Of a stretch of 64,000 bases of DNA, positions 1 to 12,665 are shown piece after piece. Both the position numbers and the translations under genes were made by a program. Below the pieces are notes generated by a model. That model searched no databases. It had not been told where the DNA came from and saw nothing but the letters and a program-made list of their open reading frames with translations. The stretch is from Podarcis gaigeae. Taxonomy: Eukaryota. The stretch lies in NCBI GenBank assembly GCA_964106915.2, contig OZ066925.1; one strand, given 5' to 3'. Position 1 is the stretch's first letter. Each line of letters starts with the position of its first letter.

Positions 1-149
1 TTTATCTTCACTTTCTTAAAAGACAGTAATCCTTTTACCGATTCCTGGCTGTTATGAAAGAAAGACAAAGATACAACAAGTATATGCCCTTTTCCTTTCA
101 ACAGCAGCCATCAAGAACTTGCGATTAGCTTAGAATGCATAATATTTGA

Positions 150-452
150 CCTAAGCTGTGAGAGGATGTCATTACTTGATGGGAGATTCAGGACAGATAG
201 CAGGAAACATTTCTTCATAGAGTGCCTCGTTAACCTATGGAATTTGCAATCACATTCAGCACTGATTGCCACTAGCTTAGAGAAGTAAAAATTGGAAATT
301 CATGGAGGGTGGCAGCTAAATGCTACCTCCAGGATCAAGAGAATGAGAGACGGTGGAGGGCGCTATTGTCTTCCTGTTCTGCTTGTTTCCATCCCACAAG
401 GCATCTACTTGAGGTAACCACTTGGGGAAAGAGGATGCTGTCCTAGATAGGC
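150..452 (+). mobile_element. Degenerate CR1 LINE 3' end (ORF2 C-terminus plus 3'UTR)
   Basis: agattcaggacagatagcaggaaacatttcttc...aacctatggaat translates to RFRTDSRKHFF...VNLWN, the CR1 ORF2 terminus, followed by the aggatgctg..ctagat UTR motif. Boundaries are approximate. Confidence 0.65.
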
Positions 453-1387
453 AGGGCTTGGCCTTTCACTCAACATCCAAAAAACCAAAGTGCTGCACCA
501 ACAAGTACAAAATAACCCCTCTGCAGCGCCACAAATCCAACTCAATGGTGTAATGTTGGAAAATGTCGATCACTTCTCCTACCTCGGCAGTTATCTTTCC
601 ACAAGGGCCAACATTGATGCCGAAATCCAGCATCGCCAGAGCTCTGCAAGTGCGGCTTTCTCCCGATTGAAGTGCAGAGTGTTTGAGGACCGGGACATTC
701 GCAGGGAAACCAAAATGCTTGTTTACAAAGCTATCGTACTACTAGCCTTACTATATGCTTGTGAAACATGGACCACTTATGAACGCCATCTCCAACTCCT
801 CGAAAGATTCCATCAATGGTGTCTCCAAAATTTTTACACATCACGTAGGAAGACAGGCGAACTAATATCAGTGTATTGGAAGAAGCAAAGATCACCAATG
901 TTGAAGAAAAGATTCAATATCAACTTCATTGGACTGGTCATGTTGTTCGGATGCCTGATGATCATCTTCCAAGCAACTACTCTATTCTGAACTTTAAAAT
1001 GGAAAGCGTCATGTTGGTGGCCACGAAAAGAGGTTTAAAGACTGTCTCAAGGCAAATCTAAAAACATGTAGTATAAACACTAACAACTGGGAAACACTGG
1101 CCTGCGAGCGCTCCACTTGGAGAACAGCCTTTAGCAAAGGTGTCATGGGCTTTGAAGACACTCAAACTCAGGACACAAGGGAGAAATGTGCTAGGAGGAA
1201 GGCACGCTTGGCAAATCCACACCGTGATCAACTCCCGGCCGGAAACCAATCTCCCCACTGGAAGGGTGTGTGGATCCAGAATTGGCCTCCACAGTCACTT
1301 ACAGACTCACTGTTAAAACCATGTTTATGGAAGACAATCTTACTCAGCTATGAGTGATCGCCAAAGAAGAAGAAGAAGAAGAAGAAG
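453..1387 (+). mobile_element. 5'-truncated RTE-clade LINE (3' part of RT and C-terminal domain), frameshifted
   Basis: ORFs 490-990, 876-1061 and 1145-1357 carry LENVDHFSYLGS, LYACETWT and WTGHVVRMPD, plus a C-terminal CGSRIGLHSH motif; (AAG)8 tail at 1364-1387. Confidence 0.9.
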
Positions 1388-4300
1388 CACTTACATTCTT
1401 GATAACTTCATGGCTGAGTTAAGATTTGTTCTAGAGATTTCACAGTTCACAATTCAGTCTGTTAGTCACTAAAACACATCAGCACTAGCCAACTAAGCAT
1501 ATATGGTAATAGGTAGTATGCCAGTGTGGCAGGTCTGTCCTCTCCAATGTTAGACTGCCTATGCAGCTCTCAGACTGAATTCCTGTGGTGAGCAACCACA
1601 ATGTCCAAATAATTTAGGAAATAATCCTAAGTGAAAGCCATGATTCAGTGGCTAGGCCATCTCTTGTTCTGTAAACGGCACAGGGGAAATGCAGAAGGGA
1701 GTGATCCAAAGAGGAAGAAAAATCAGCACAAAATGCAAGCAAATCCTCTGTTGGTTTTTGTTTGCATAGCACAAAGCCTCCTGCCTTTACACTGTTTGGG
1801 TTATAGGGCTAGAAGGGAGATATTATACCAATATATACAAAACATGCTGTCATTCAAAGCAAGGATAGGCTGTAGGTAGGTTGTATTCTACTCGTCTCAT
1901 CTCCCTTTCCATAATCAGGCTCTTAGAGGCACATATCTGTACTAAGTGTGTCATAGATTTGTCCTCATTATTTGCAGGTCATCCCATTATGTGGTTCATG
2001 GGCTGTAGTAGGTAATCCATGCCACTCCCTGAACCACCGTTTTGTATCTAAGTTAACTTCTCCAAGCCACACTTTTTTTCTTCCTGGCTGCAGTTGATGG
2101 AGCATATGGTCTAGTAAAAAAATAATGTAGTTCACACAGACTGAAAACCTCCCCACACCTGATCTGCAGTTGTGTCATTCTCTTCCCTTCAAAGGCTCAG
2201 GGAAGCTTAAATGGAGCTTCTGTGATCCAGACCACCTTTCTAATGACATTGTCCAGAGTAAGTAAGACTTCTTTAGTTGTGTAAAGAAACAGTACATCGT
2301 AAACAGCACAGTGTACCTTCAGACAATTTCCTGTGAAAAATGTAGGTGAGAATTAGGACAAAGTTTGCACCTCCTCTAGAAACATTTTGTTTCTCCAGTG
2401 GTCTCATGACACTTTGAGAACCCTGGATTTTCATTTCAGCTCTGGTGTTTTCTTGCCCCGTGTTTTCATGCCCAGGTTTATATTGAAAATTTGTTCATGT
2501 GCTAGGACATCAAACATCACTAGCATTTATAGTAAGTCATATATATGGAAATGGGCCATGAACTTATGGCAGCTTCTATTTTGAATTGATATTGCCTTCA
2601 GCCAGATCTCCATTTCAAACTATAAGCCTGAATTCCAGATTGAAATCTGATGCCGCCTGTTGGTATTCTTTTTTTTTTTTTAATGAAAATTGTTGGGAAA
2701 ATGCTTCTGCATATGTGTGGTTAATTCTGCCCTCCTTGTGCTTGGGTCCAGAAAGAGTCAGGATGGATTTCCTTGTTAGTCCCTGCTGCTGTCATTTTGT
2801 GCAGTGGAGCCTGAGAACTGATTACCATAGTAACAATGTTTTAGCTTGTATAGCTGCAAATGTTGTTAATGGTAATAGAATTATCTAGTTATTTTAAATC
2901 CAATTATGTTATTAGGCCATCCAGTCCATTCTCATAGTACAGCATGTTTTACTCTGCCATCTCCGTCCTTTTTGGGGGGTGTGCTTATGTGAATTATTGA
3001 GCTGCAAGAATTTCCTTCTGTTCATTTGAAGAGGTTGTCACTGCTGGTCAAGAATTGTTTCACTTTGTGGTCACCTCTGCAGTGGAGTGGGGTTGGGGTG
3101 TAGATAGGGATCTTATAGAGTCAGTTGAGATTCCCCTCCCCCCCAGTTCCTGCCCTGCTTTTTAAAATCATTGCTCATAAATCAGCTTCTCTGTCTCTTG
3201 TATCAGGTCCTATGTCTACACATGAGTCAAGTCTAGCATTCTTACCTGCTGTGTAAGAACATGCTTCATGTGGAAGGGAACTTGAGTTATTGAAACAATA
3301 ATCTTTACCATGTATGAGAAGGCAGTGTATGCCTACATCCCACAACCAGGGAAAGGATGTGGAATCCGTGCCCAATCAGATGTTGCTGTACTATAACTCC
3401 CACCATCCCTGAGTATTGGCTGTGTAGAAGGGAGTTGGAGAGCTATAAGTCTGGTCTAGGGATTCTTCTTCTGCCTCTTATTCCCCTTATAAACACTTTA
3501 AGTGTCAGGATCGTCCCCTGAACAGTCCTGGGAATTATATGCAATAGGAAGTAGTCAGCAGTCTTTAATGGGAAATTTGTTCATAAAGCCCCTCTACTAA
3601 GATCCCAATGTACCATTTTGGAATTGCTTACCTTGGCTGATCCAGCCTTGGGAAATTTTATCCCCAGAATAATTTTGATGTATCCTGTATTAATACATAC
3701 TCTTTTGCTCCTACCTGTTTAATGCAGGATGCTATCCCAAATGTACTGATTTTGATATCGTTTGCAACCCTACCCCAACTAGTTTAGAATGTATTTGAAA
3801 CTCCTACACAATTAAAAGTAAGAATATATTTATTATTTATTATTCTCACTTCATAGATCTCCAGTAAGATTCACTGAAGAGTTTGTCCTTTGTTGTGCGA
3901 AAGAATTCTGCAGGCATGATTTGCAGATGTAGATGTAATTTACCATATTTGAGAGAAGTAGCAAATTATTAAGAAAGATTAATCTGAAATCCATTGGGAA
4001 CATCCCTCTGGTATTTATGATTCTGTGAGTACTTTAGATTTCAAAATACTCAATGTTTCTAATTAATTGTCATAGCATTTCATATACATTTCAAGGAAAT
4101 AAGTGTGCAAGCAGCAAAGTATGGGTCACATTTTTTCCAAATGTGACGTTAGATTAATACAGAAAAGAGGAATTGAACACACATTTGTTTGTAGCCTTGT
4201 CTCTAAAAGAACTCTTTGCACTTTCATCAGAATCCAGCTGATTCAGTTACATTCTAGGGCTCTAATGTGTACACAGAAGTCTTATACAAGCATCCTTTCC

Positions 4301-4799
4301 CATGACTCATACATGAGTAGCTCCCGGTGCATAGTGCGGGGCATCCATATTTGGATGGAATGTTTCCCAAGACAATCCAGGCAGTTATGAGTGCTATGTG
4401 CATTCAGGCATTGAATTGCTGTTACCTTGGACAATGCACTTTCCGGTTAACTTTCATATCAACAATATGAATAAAGACAAATGACATCCAAGTGAACGAC
4501 AGCGGAGCTTGAAAATATTAATCAACAGAACACAGTCATTTTTCAGATAAGCCTCAGCCAAGTGTAGCACTCAGATACCAGAGCAGAATCCAGATATATT
4601 CACCATGCTGTTCTGCCATCACCCTCTAATATTGTCTTTTACGGGTTCTAGCTTTTCCCACGGGGTTTCTAAGGACGCTCTCTGCATTTCCTTTCACTGT
4701 GAGATTTTGGCTTGTTCTGAGCTTTCTGTGATTATAGAAAGTTTAGGTTACATTTTCCCAGTATATATTATAACAGCCTTCTAAGCCAATCCACTGATT

Positions 4800-5060
4800 T
4801 GATTAGATCCTTCTGGACTTTATCATAAAAAGTTACAAGACAGTTGCATAGTTACCAGAAAGGAAGAAAAGAATATCCAACCTCCATAACTTCATGTCAC
4901 CATCAAGTTTTACCACTTTGGTTTCCATTTCCTCATCTAGGTAATTAATAAATCCATTAAACAGCCATGGCCCCAGTCTCAATCCCCGGGGAAACAATTA
5001 GTAACTTCTCCCATCTTTCCTCTAACAAGGCTTTTAAAACACTCCATTGGTCTAAACTAC
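4800..5060 (-). mobile_element. Old CR1 reverse-transcriptase fragment
   Basis: The minus strand reads EVTNCFPGD.LGPWLFNGFINYLDEEMETKVVKLDGDMKL, a decayed version of VPQGSVLGPVLFNIFINDLD...KFADDTKL. Confidence 0.7.
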
Positions 5061-5354
5061 TTAGAAGTGGGTGTGAGTTTTTATTGCCCTCGACATACCT
5101 ATGTGGAAGCTGGACAGGAGGCAGGGCTGCTTTTAATCAATTTTATAGATCTTTGTTGCATTGCATTTTACATTATTGTAGTATTTTAAGCTACGTGAGT
5201 TTTCAAGGTTTTTCTTGGAGCAGGGAAGAAAGGCAAGAATTCAATAAAGTGTAGAATCCGCTAGGACAAAGAAATGCTGGCATATGTACTAAAGGATTTT
5301 TGTTTTGTTTTGGTACAAGGTGTTGGTGTTATGGAAAAACAAAGAACATCATCT

Positions 5355-5560
5355 AGAATATAACGAGAGCACTGAATCAGACAAAAGGTCCATTTAGTCC
5401 AGCGTTACGTGGCTAACCAGATCCCTAAAGGAAGCCTCTAAGCAGGATCTGAGCTCTCTCTCTCTCCCCCCCCCCCCCCCCGTGATTCCCAGGGACAGGT
5501 ATTCAGAGGCATACTGCCTCTAATACTGGAGGGGGAACACAGCCATTATGGCTAGGAACA
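5355..5560 (-). mobile_element. CR1 3'UTR fragment; related fragments at about 8416-8485, 36640-36850 and 60413-60660
   Basis: Shared motifs ggtccat(c/t)tagtccagc and tcagaggca(t/a)actgc(c/t)tc across the listed copies; reverse complement of the 3' part of 150-452. Confidence 0.55.
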
Positions 5561-5642
5561 ATTTTTATCCTTATCCTCTTCCTTCCCTGGAGGTTCCTGA
5601 ATATTCAGGAACCCAGGAAACATATTTCCATAACGTACAATA

Positions 5643-5881
5643 CAGTGGTACCTCGGGTTACATACGCTTCAGGTTACATACACTTCAGGTTACAGACTCC
5701 GCTAACCCAGAAATAGTACTTCAGGTTAAGAATTTTGCTTCAGGATAAGAACAGAAATCGGGCTCCAGCGGCGCGGCGGCAGGAGGCCCCATTAGCTAAA
5801 GTGGTGCTTCAGGTTAAGAACAGTTTCAGGTTAAGAACAGACCTCCGGAACGAATTAAGTACTTAACCCGAGGTACCACTG
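5643..5881. mobile_element. Tc1/mariner-type MITE, family A, copy 1
   Basis: Perfect 18-bp TIR CAGTGGTACCTCGGGTTA / TAACCCGAGGTACCACTG, TA on both sides, internal ttcaggtta repeats. Confidence 0.9.
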
Positions 5882-7003
5882 TAATTGTTGGACTGACACT
5901 GGACCGACACTCTGACACTGGAGGTGGAACATAGCAATTGTGGCTAGGAGCAATTTTTAACATATTTCCATAATGTACAATAATTGTTGGACCGACAAGG
6001 ACTGGGGCCCAAAGAACAGAACAAGTAGTTTCACATGCCCAGGGGACTTTGGGTTTGTATTTCTTAATACTGGATTTGAAATTAAGCTGATTTAGTGGTG
6101 TGCTATGTGATCTATTAAGCAAAGAAAAAGGTCCCCCTCGACCTGTTTCTATTGACCGTCTAGAATTTCTTTTCTGTACTCTCTGTACATTGCATTTTCT
6201 TAGCATGGGAGTGTATGTTTGCTTCTTACATTTTTATTCTGGATTGTTAGGGAACATTAGCATAACATTTGCTCCCCTCTCCTCCAATTAACTTTTGGCA
6301 GGTCTATCCTTTTGTTATGCTGCTGCGCTAAATCCGCAAATAAAGACGTACCTGGGAGCAAATCCATTTGCATGCAGTGGGATTTTGGCGTTGCTCTTAA
6401 TGTCATTGCTCCATTGCTATGGCTAGACATTCTTACTGAGCAAATAATACTTAACACAAAGGTGTATTAGGGCTTAGGCCAGATTTTGCATGCCATACTA
6501 AGCCAAACTGTGACTTATTGCAAATGTGTGGTTTGCAGGCTCCTGGAGAGAAGTTTCCCCCATTGCTCTATTGCTGTGCTGCCCATATTTGGCTTAGCTT
6601 GCCAGGTTCAGGTTTAGCTTTCCCAGGCAAACCACATGCTGTAAACTATAGAATAAATTGTTGTTAGGCTGGAAAGAGCTAAACCAAGATTTGATGTTTG
6701 GTTATCATGGGAAGCCAGCTATGTTCTGCTGGTTGAAATTATGGAGATCTCACTCACTCTCACACACTGATGCTGTTTCTGTCTAATAACAACAGGGAAC
6801 ATTATCCAGTACTAGGAAAAGTATTGACCACTCTCATTTGACAGAAATTGTTTAGAGGGTACCTCTTAGAGGGCACATTCTAGCCCTCCTAGTAAGTTGT
6901 GAGAGACTTACTTCTATTTAAAAATGAAAGCATAATGTCCGGGGCATGTACACAAGGCACCACTGGATGACATCATGGCTTCCATGGGCACCAGGTTGCT
7001 GTT

Positions 7004-7153
7004 CATGGGCATAGCCAGGATTTATTTTAGGGGAGGGCAGGCAATCTGTTAGGAGGGCAGAACCAATTAATTGGTGATGCAATTGGTCAGTTAAGTATTT
7101 TTATTTATTTACTTGATTTAGGGGGGCAGCTGCCCCCCCCCGCTATGCCCATG
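7004..7153. mobile_element. Short non-autonomous hAT element (Tip100-like)
   Basis: Perfect 12-bp TIR CATGGGCATAGC / GCTATGCCCATG; imperfect 8-bp TSD ttgctgtt / ttactgtc (6/8). Confidence 0.7.
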
Positions 7154-8044
7154 TTACTGTCCCCTATCCTAATGCAAATTTTCTGTGAACTCGGGCATTG
7201 CATTTTAGCCATGGGAATTCCAGTTGTCCTTTGATAATCTTAAAATGAAAATAATCCATTAATTTGTTACGAGGAAAGTCATTTGTTGTCCAGCATTATC
7301 ATTTGTTGGAGCCTTGGACTGCTGTTGATTTGTGATTCCCTTCAGTAGATGGCTATAACTTAACCTGAGCATGTTAACTTAGTGAGCGTTTACATGTGGC
7401 AATTAAAACCCACGGTAAAACTGCAAAGATGCAGACTGTCTTCAACTCCCATTAGGGTGCTGTGCCCAGCAATCAGAGCAGGGAAAAAAAATAGTGGAAG
7501 TCTTTAGTGAGATTTCAAGAAGTTGTTTGTCAGAAATTGATTCACTGAATGACCTGTGAAGGATCTAATGCAGGCGTCCTGTGGAGTTAACACTCTGATT
7601 TTAAAGCTGCATATCTGCCACCAGGACTCCTTTGCACAGACAAAAGGGAGTAGATAGTTCTGTTTATATACATAATTGTGTCAATTTTGTCATATTGGAG
7701 CTGAATGCTTGATTTGTAGTATTGCTGTGAATATTTTGTGTGCGCTAAGCAGCTCTGTGATTGGCAACTAAGATGGTTATATGCATATGGCATGTTGTCA
7801 ATAAGACCACCTAGGTCAGACTTCCCTAAGATGGTGACCTTCACCTCAAACCTGAAGCAAACACATGCACAGGGCAATTTTGATCCCAGTAACAAGGGTA
7901 ACCTGAAATAGTTTGAAAGAGGGGTGGTGATTTGGGAAAGGCAGCAAGGCTGCAGTGTCTCAGAACACTAAACTCAGAACTCCAGTGGTGTATCTGTTAT
8001 ACGTTAAGAGATGATATGAACAGAGAATGGCCAAGAATCTAAGA

Positions 8045-8407
8045 CAGAGGTTGGCAGCCTAAGGCCCATGGGCCAGATGTGGCCCATGAGGGTCGCTTAA
8101 CTGGCCCATGAGCCGCCCCCAAACCAAGCTGCCCGCTTGGTGAGTCCCTGTGCACTGTGTTAAAACGGTGCAGTGCAGCACCAGGACTCTCTTTCGTGGC
8201 TCCAGAAATCACTTCTGCACATGCACAGACGCCGAAAATCACTTTGAGCAGGCACGATTTTCAGCATCTGGACATGTGTAGAAGCGATTTCTGCCACTGC
8301 AGACATGTGCAGACGCGATGTCTGGCATCACGCTGCGCTGGTCTGGCCCACGTAGGATCTCCGTGGGAGTGATCCAGTCCATTCCCGGTAAGCCTTGCTG
8401 ACCCCTG
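8045..8407. mobile_element. Non-autonomous hAT (Charlie-like) element
   Basis: Perfect 8-bp TSD ATCTAAGA (8037-8044 and 8408-8415); degenerate TIR cagaggttggca / tgctgacccctg; ggccc subterminal repeats. Confidence 0.85.
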
Positions 8408-11130
8408 ATCTAAGACAATCCTGCTGGATCAGGCCAATGGCCTATCTAGTCCAGCATCCTGTTCTCACAGTGGCTGACCAGAATCATTGCTCTGTGCATG
8501 TGCTAGCTTCAGGTTTGAGGTGGCTCTGAGCAAAGTACATTCTTGGATTTCTCTGTTGGTGACCTGTGGTGGTCTTAACTGGGAAGTAGTGTCAGACAGC
8601 AGCACTCTAAGCAGTGCCAAATGATGGTGGAGGAGGGTATAGTTTTAATTTATCACAATGCCCTGGAGCAACCCTATGTTTGGGGATTGGGGGGAACAAA
8701 AGTGGCAGCTTGACTCAGTTGCTGGTGTTGCTTAGAGCACTGGGCCAGGGAAAACACTGAGGAGGACGGGGGGCAAGGAAGGTGTGGTCCCTTCCCAAGT
8801 TCTGCGCCCCAGTAGCTGTCCAAGGATACTGGGTGCTCACACTAACCAAGTTTCCCAAGCACTCCTGAGTGAGCCACGCAGCTCTACCAATTTTCTGTTT
8901 CAATGGCATCACCGCTCCCAGTCAGAATATGGTCTCCCAAGTCCATATGCCCATGTGGAAAGAAATGCCTGCACAGTGCTCTGGATCTCAGAGATTGATA
9001 GTGAGGAATGTATTGTAATTTTGTAAATGTGCCTTTGATTCAGTGGGGGAAAGAAAAAGCTAAATTATACAACCAGCAGCTGTAGGCTTCTTCACTAGGG
9101 CAGCGTATGGGGACAGGAGGTATAAACCCTGAAGGCTAGCTCATTATTTCAAGGTGTAAGATTTATGTGTTTGGCCTTGGAGTTCCTGGATTCATATCCT
9201 GGTGTGGTGTTGGGTAGGATGGCACCTGCCAGGTTTGCAAGGATTTAAATGTTGTAATGTTTCTCTCTTGCTTTACATTCCAGAGATAATTAAAGCCTTC
9301 ACCTGCAAAGGTCTGTTAGCGTGCGACGACTGGGAGTGAGAGTATAGAACAGAAGACGGGTTTTTCCATTCTGCACTGAGCAGACTGAGATGCGATTAAC
9401 TTAGCAAAATGAGTGGAAATGAAAACTAAATTGGATTTTAAAGATTCTTTCAGTTTTAATAATAGAGCAGAGTGTTAGTGACACAGGAAGGGAAAATGGT
9501 TTTTAAAATCGTGAGTGTTATTTTTATCTTGCCACTTTGCCCTTTTTAAAATTGCAGAGTTGCAGGAAATTTAGAATTATAGCAGACCTACCAGGGTTTT
9601 GACCCGTCCAGGATACCAGAATCCTGACATTATTAAAGCATATTTATTTTCTGTTTAATTATGTTTTAATTAGAAATGCTATTAATTTCCTAATGACATC
9701 ACCATTGACTCTATTGCAGGGATTTAAAAAATGAGAAGTGATTTTTGAAAAATACGGAAAGGCCATTTAAGTAAGGTCATTTTCAAGCGACAGAAAACAG
9801 AACACAAAGACTTCTAGCTTACGTCTAGGTTTACACAGGGGAAGAGAATGAAACATGTTTTTCTGAAGTTAAGAAGAAGAGAACCGTTGCACTATGACAG
9901 AGGTTTTCAAGTTAAGGAACAAAGGAATGCTTCACTTTATAAATAAAAAAATAAGAATGAAAGCCAGTGTATGAAACCAATTGAAAGTTGCACTAGGGGT
10001 GCATTTCACTTTCAAAATCCTAACATATTTTGTATTCACAAATAATAAGCCATGAATGAATTGGGGTAATTTTAACTTTGTTCTTTGAGGAAGCAAGGTG
10101 AATTGCATGCTTTCTGCTTTATATCCATAAATGAGCATCGGTTTCTGTATAATTTCTTCTCTTGTGTTGTCTCTATGTGCCTAGAAAGGTCATAGAAGCC
10201 ATCTATTATGCATCTGTCTCAGTGCTTCAGACTTATACAGGTGATTTTTTTGAGTTTAGTTTCCCTCTCTGTAGGGATAATTTTTGTGTCCCAATGCCAT
10301 ATGTTCAGTGTGGCTTGGTTTTGCCTTTTATTTTTTTTAATCACTCACTTAAATAAATGCTTTTGTTTGTTTTTACTGAATAGCCGTTGGGCTAGAATGA
10401 TAGATACATACATAGATAGGTTCTACATTAGTGCAAGCAGGTGAACTCAAAAGTGTTCTATTTATAGAAGGGCTAATGGATGTGTTTATCTTGACCTACT
10501 TTTTTCAGAGTATTTCACTGAGAATGTACCTCAGTTGTGTGAATTCAGGGCTGCCAACTGACTCCTTGTCTCCATGGCTTACTTTCCTCTTTTATGTAGA
10601 TTCAATAATGCCATGCACTACAGAGCATGCTTTCCTAGTTGTTTCTCGGATGCCTCATCCGTTTTCTGCATGCTTTTGCATTGTGTTCACTTGCAGTGAA
10701 TAGGAAGTGTGGCATTCGCAAAAGGAGAACGGTGTGCCTAGATTCAGAAGCAGCTGTTGGGTGGAGCCACAATGCTGGCTTCCCAGCAGCAGCAGTCTTA
10801 CTGTTACTTACTGGAAGGGGGAGCTGTGCCCATTAAGGCTCATGTGGTGAGGTGAGGCAGTCACATCAGACTGCAGATCCAGCTTCATTTGCCACACCTG
10901 GTGGCGATGGGTGGTGGCAGAGGAGGCAACCGGGCACAGAGAGCCAACAAAGCGTCCTGGGTTGGCTCTGGTGGCCATTCATCAGCAGAGCCAATTTGGG
11001 GCACCCATACCACCCCAACCTCTCCAGTGCCCTGCCCCTCTGTTCTGGTAAGCGGCAGTGACTCTCCTGCACCTATCAAGCAACTTCTGACAAGATTCCA
11101 CTTCATAGCAGTGTACTTATTGACATGGTA

Positions 11131-11496
11131 AAGGTAAAGGTAAAGGGACCCCTCACCATTAGGTCCAGTCGTGACCAACTCTGGGGTTGCGGCGCTCATC
11201 TCGCTTTATTGGCCAAGGGAGCTGATGTTTGTCCTCAGACAGCTTCTGGGTCCTGTGGCCAGCATGACTAAGTCGCTTCTGGCGAACCAGAGCAGCGCAC
11301 AGAAACGCCGTTTACCGTCCCGCTGGAGCGGTACCTATTTATCTACTTGCACTTTGATGTGCTTTCGAACTGCTAGGTTGGCAGGACCAAGGACCGAGCA
11401 ATGGGAGCTCACCCAGTCGCGGGGATTCAAACCGCCGACCTTCTGATTGGCAAGTCCTAGGCTCTGTGGTTTAACCCACAGCGCCACCCGTGTCCC
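11131..11496 (-). mobile_element. Sauria SINE, full length, copy 1
   Basis: tRNA-like head gggacacgggtggcgctgtggg, (ACCTTT)n tail, 12-bp TSD ATTGACATGGTA (11119-11130 and 11497-11508). Confidence 0.92.
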
Positions 11497-11621
11497 ATTG
11501 ACATGGTACTGTCTTCTAATCTTGGAATAGCAGTAGCTGCTTAAACAAGCAAGAAACAGATGGATAGGACCCTCCAAAGAGCCTGTTCACACATTACTTG
11601 CAAGTTGTAGAAATCACACTA

Positions 11622-11847
11622 CAGTGGTACCTCGGGTTACAGACGCTTCAGGTTACAGACTCCACTAACCCAGAAATAGTACCTCAGGTTAAGAACTTTG
11701 CTTCAGGATGAGAACAGAAATCTTGCTTTGGCGGTACGGCAGCAGCAGGAGACCCCATTAGCTAAAGTGGTACCTCAGGTTAAGAACAGTTTCAGGTTAA
11801 GAACGGATCTCCAGAACGAATTAAGTTCTTAACCCGAGGTATCACTG
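11622..11847. mobile_element. Tc1/mariner-type MITE, family A, copy 2
   Basis: TA|CAGTGGTACCTCGGGTTA ... TAACCCGAGGTATCACTG|TA; highly similar to 5643-5881. Confidence 0.9.
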
Positions 11848-12605
11848 TATTCACCTTCCCTCTTCTTATAGCAGTATTGCCCGGTTTTCAGGAGGCTCAA
11901 TGAGGGATTTAGGATGGGCTGCTATGACTCTGCTGTGGGGAAATTGTTCTGCAGTGGCTTCCATGATGCGAAATGGGCTGTGAATTTCATACAGTCCCAA
12001 GTGCTGCATTGTATATAGTATGAACATAGCAGAGGGTCAGGACCTGTTTTGTAGATTATTATTTTCAAAATTATTATTATTTTCAGATGTGGAGTAGTGC
12101 TAAAGTAGAATGGTAGTTCAACTGGTAAGGAGACTCTTATCTTGTTTTGTTTATCATTCAATATATATTTTTATAGCCAGAAGCTAATCAATGCTCAGGC
12201 CTGGTTTCAGTGGTGGAGAGTATGGGCTTGAGATCTAAACTGTTTGAAGAAGCAGAGCAAAAAGCCATTTTGATTCCTTTTTTCTCTGTCACTGCTGAGG
12301 AGGAAACTTGGAAATCATAACATCTCAGGAGAATTTAGTACTTTAGCTACATACATGGGGCATAAATGAATGATAAACTGCAGTGTAACTAGATACTGCC
12401 CCCATATATATTTAACCATTTGTCCCATGGTAATAGCAAAACTTAATTTATTGACCCTCCAACAATTATTTTGCACGCATTAATTTTAATAATTTCCAGA
12501 TGTTGGTATACAAATGTGTACACCAGGAATGTGCTATATAAGCTGTTACTTCAGGACAAAGTGACCTGAGGCCACTGCTGGAAGGTTTCATTCTCTTTTT
12601 AGGCA

Positions 12606-12606
<1 letters not shown>

Positions 12607-12662
<56 letters not shown>
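12607..12662. repeat. Compound microsatellite (TG)12(AG)16
   Basis: Read directly from the sequence. Confidence 0.95.

Positions 12663-12665
<3 letters not shown>

Noticed and set aside
5643-5881. Recurrent ttcaggtta units separated by variable sequence, superficially CRISPR-like
   Set aside because: They are internal repeats of a TA-flanked MITE present three times; the context is eukaryotic with no cas genes.
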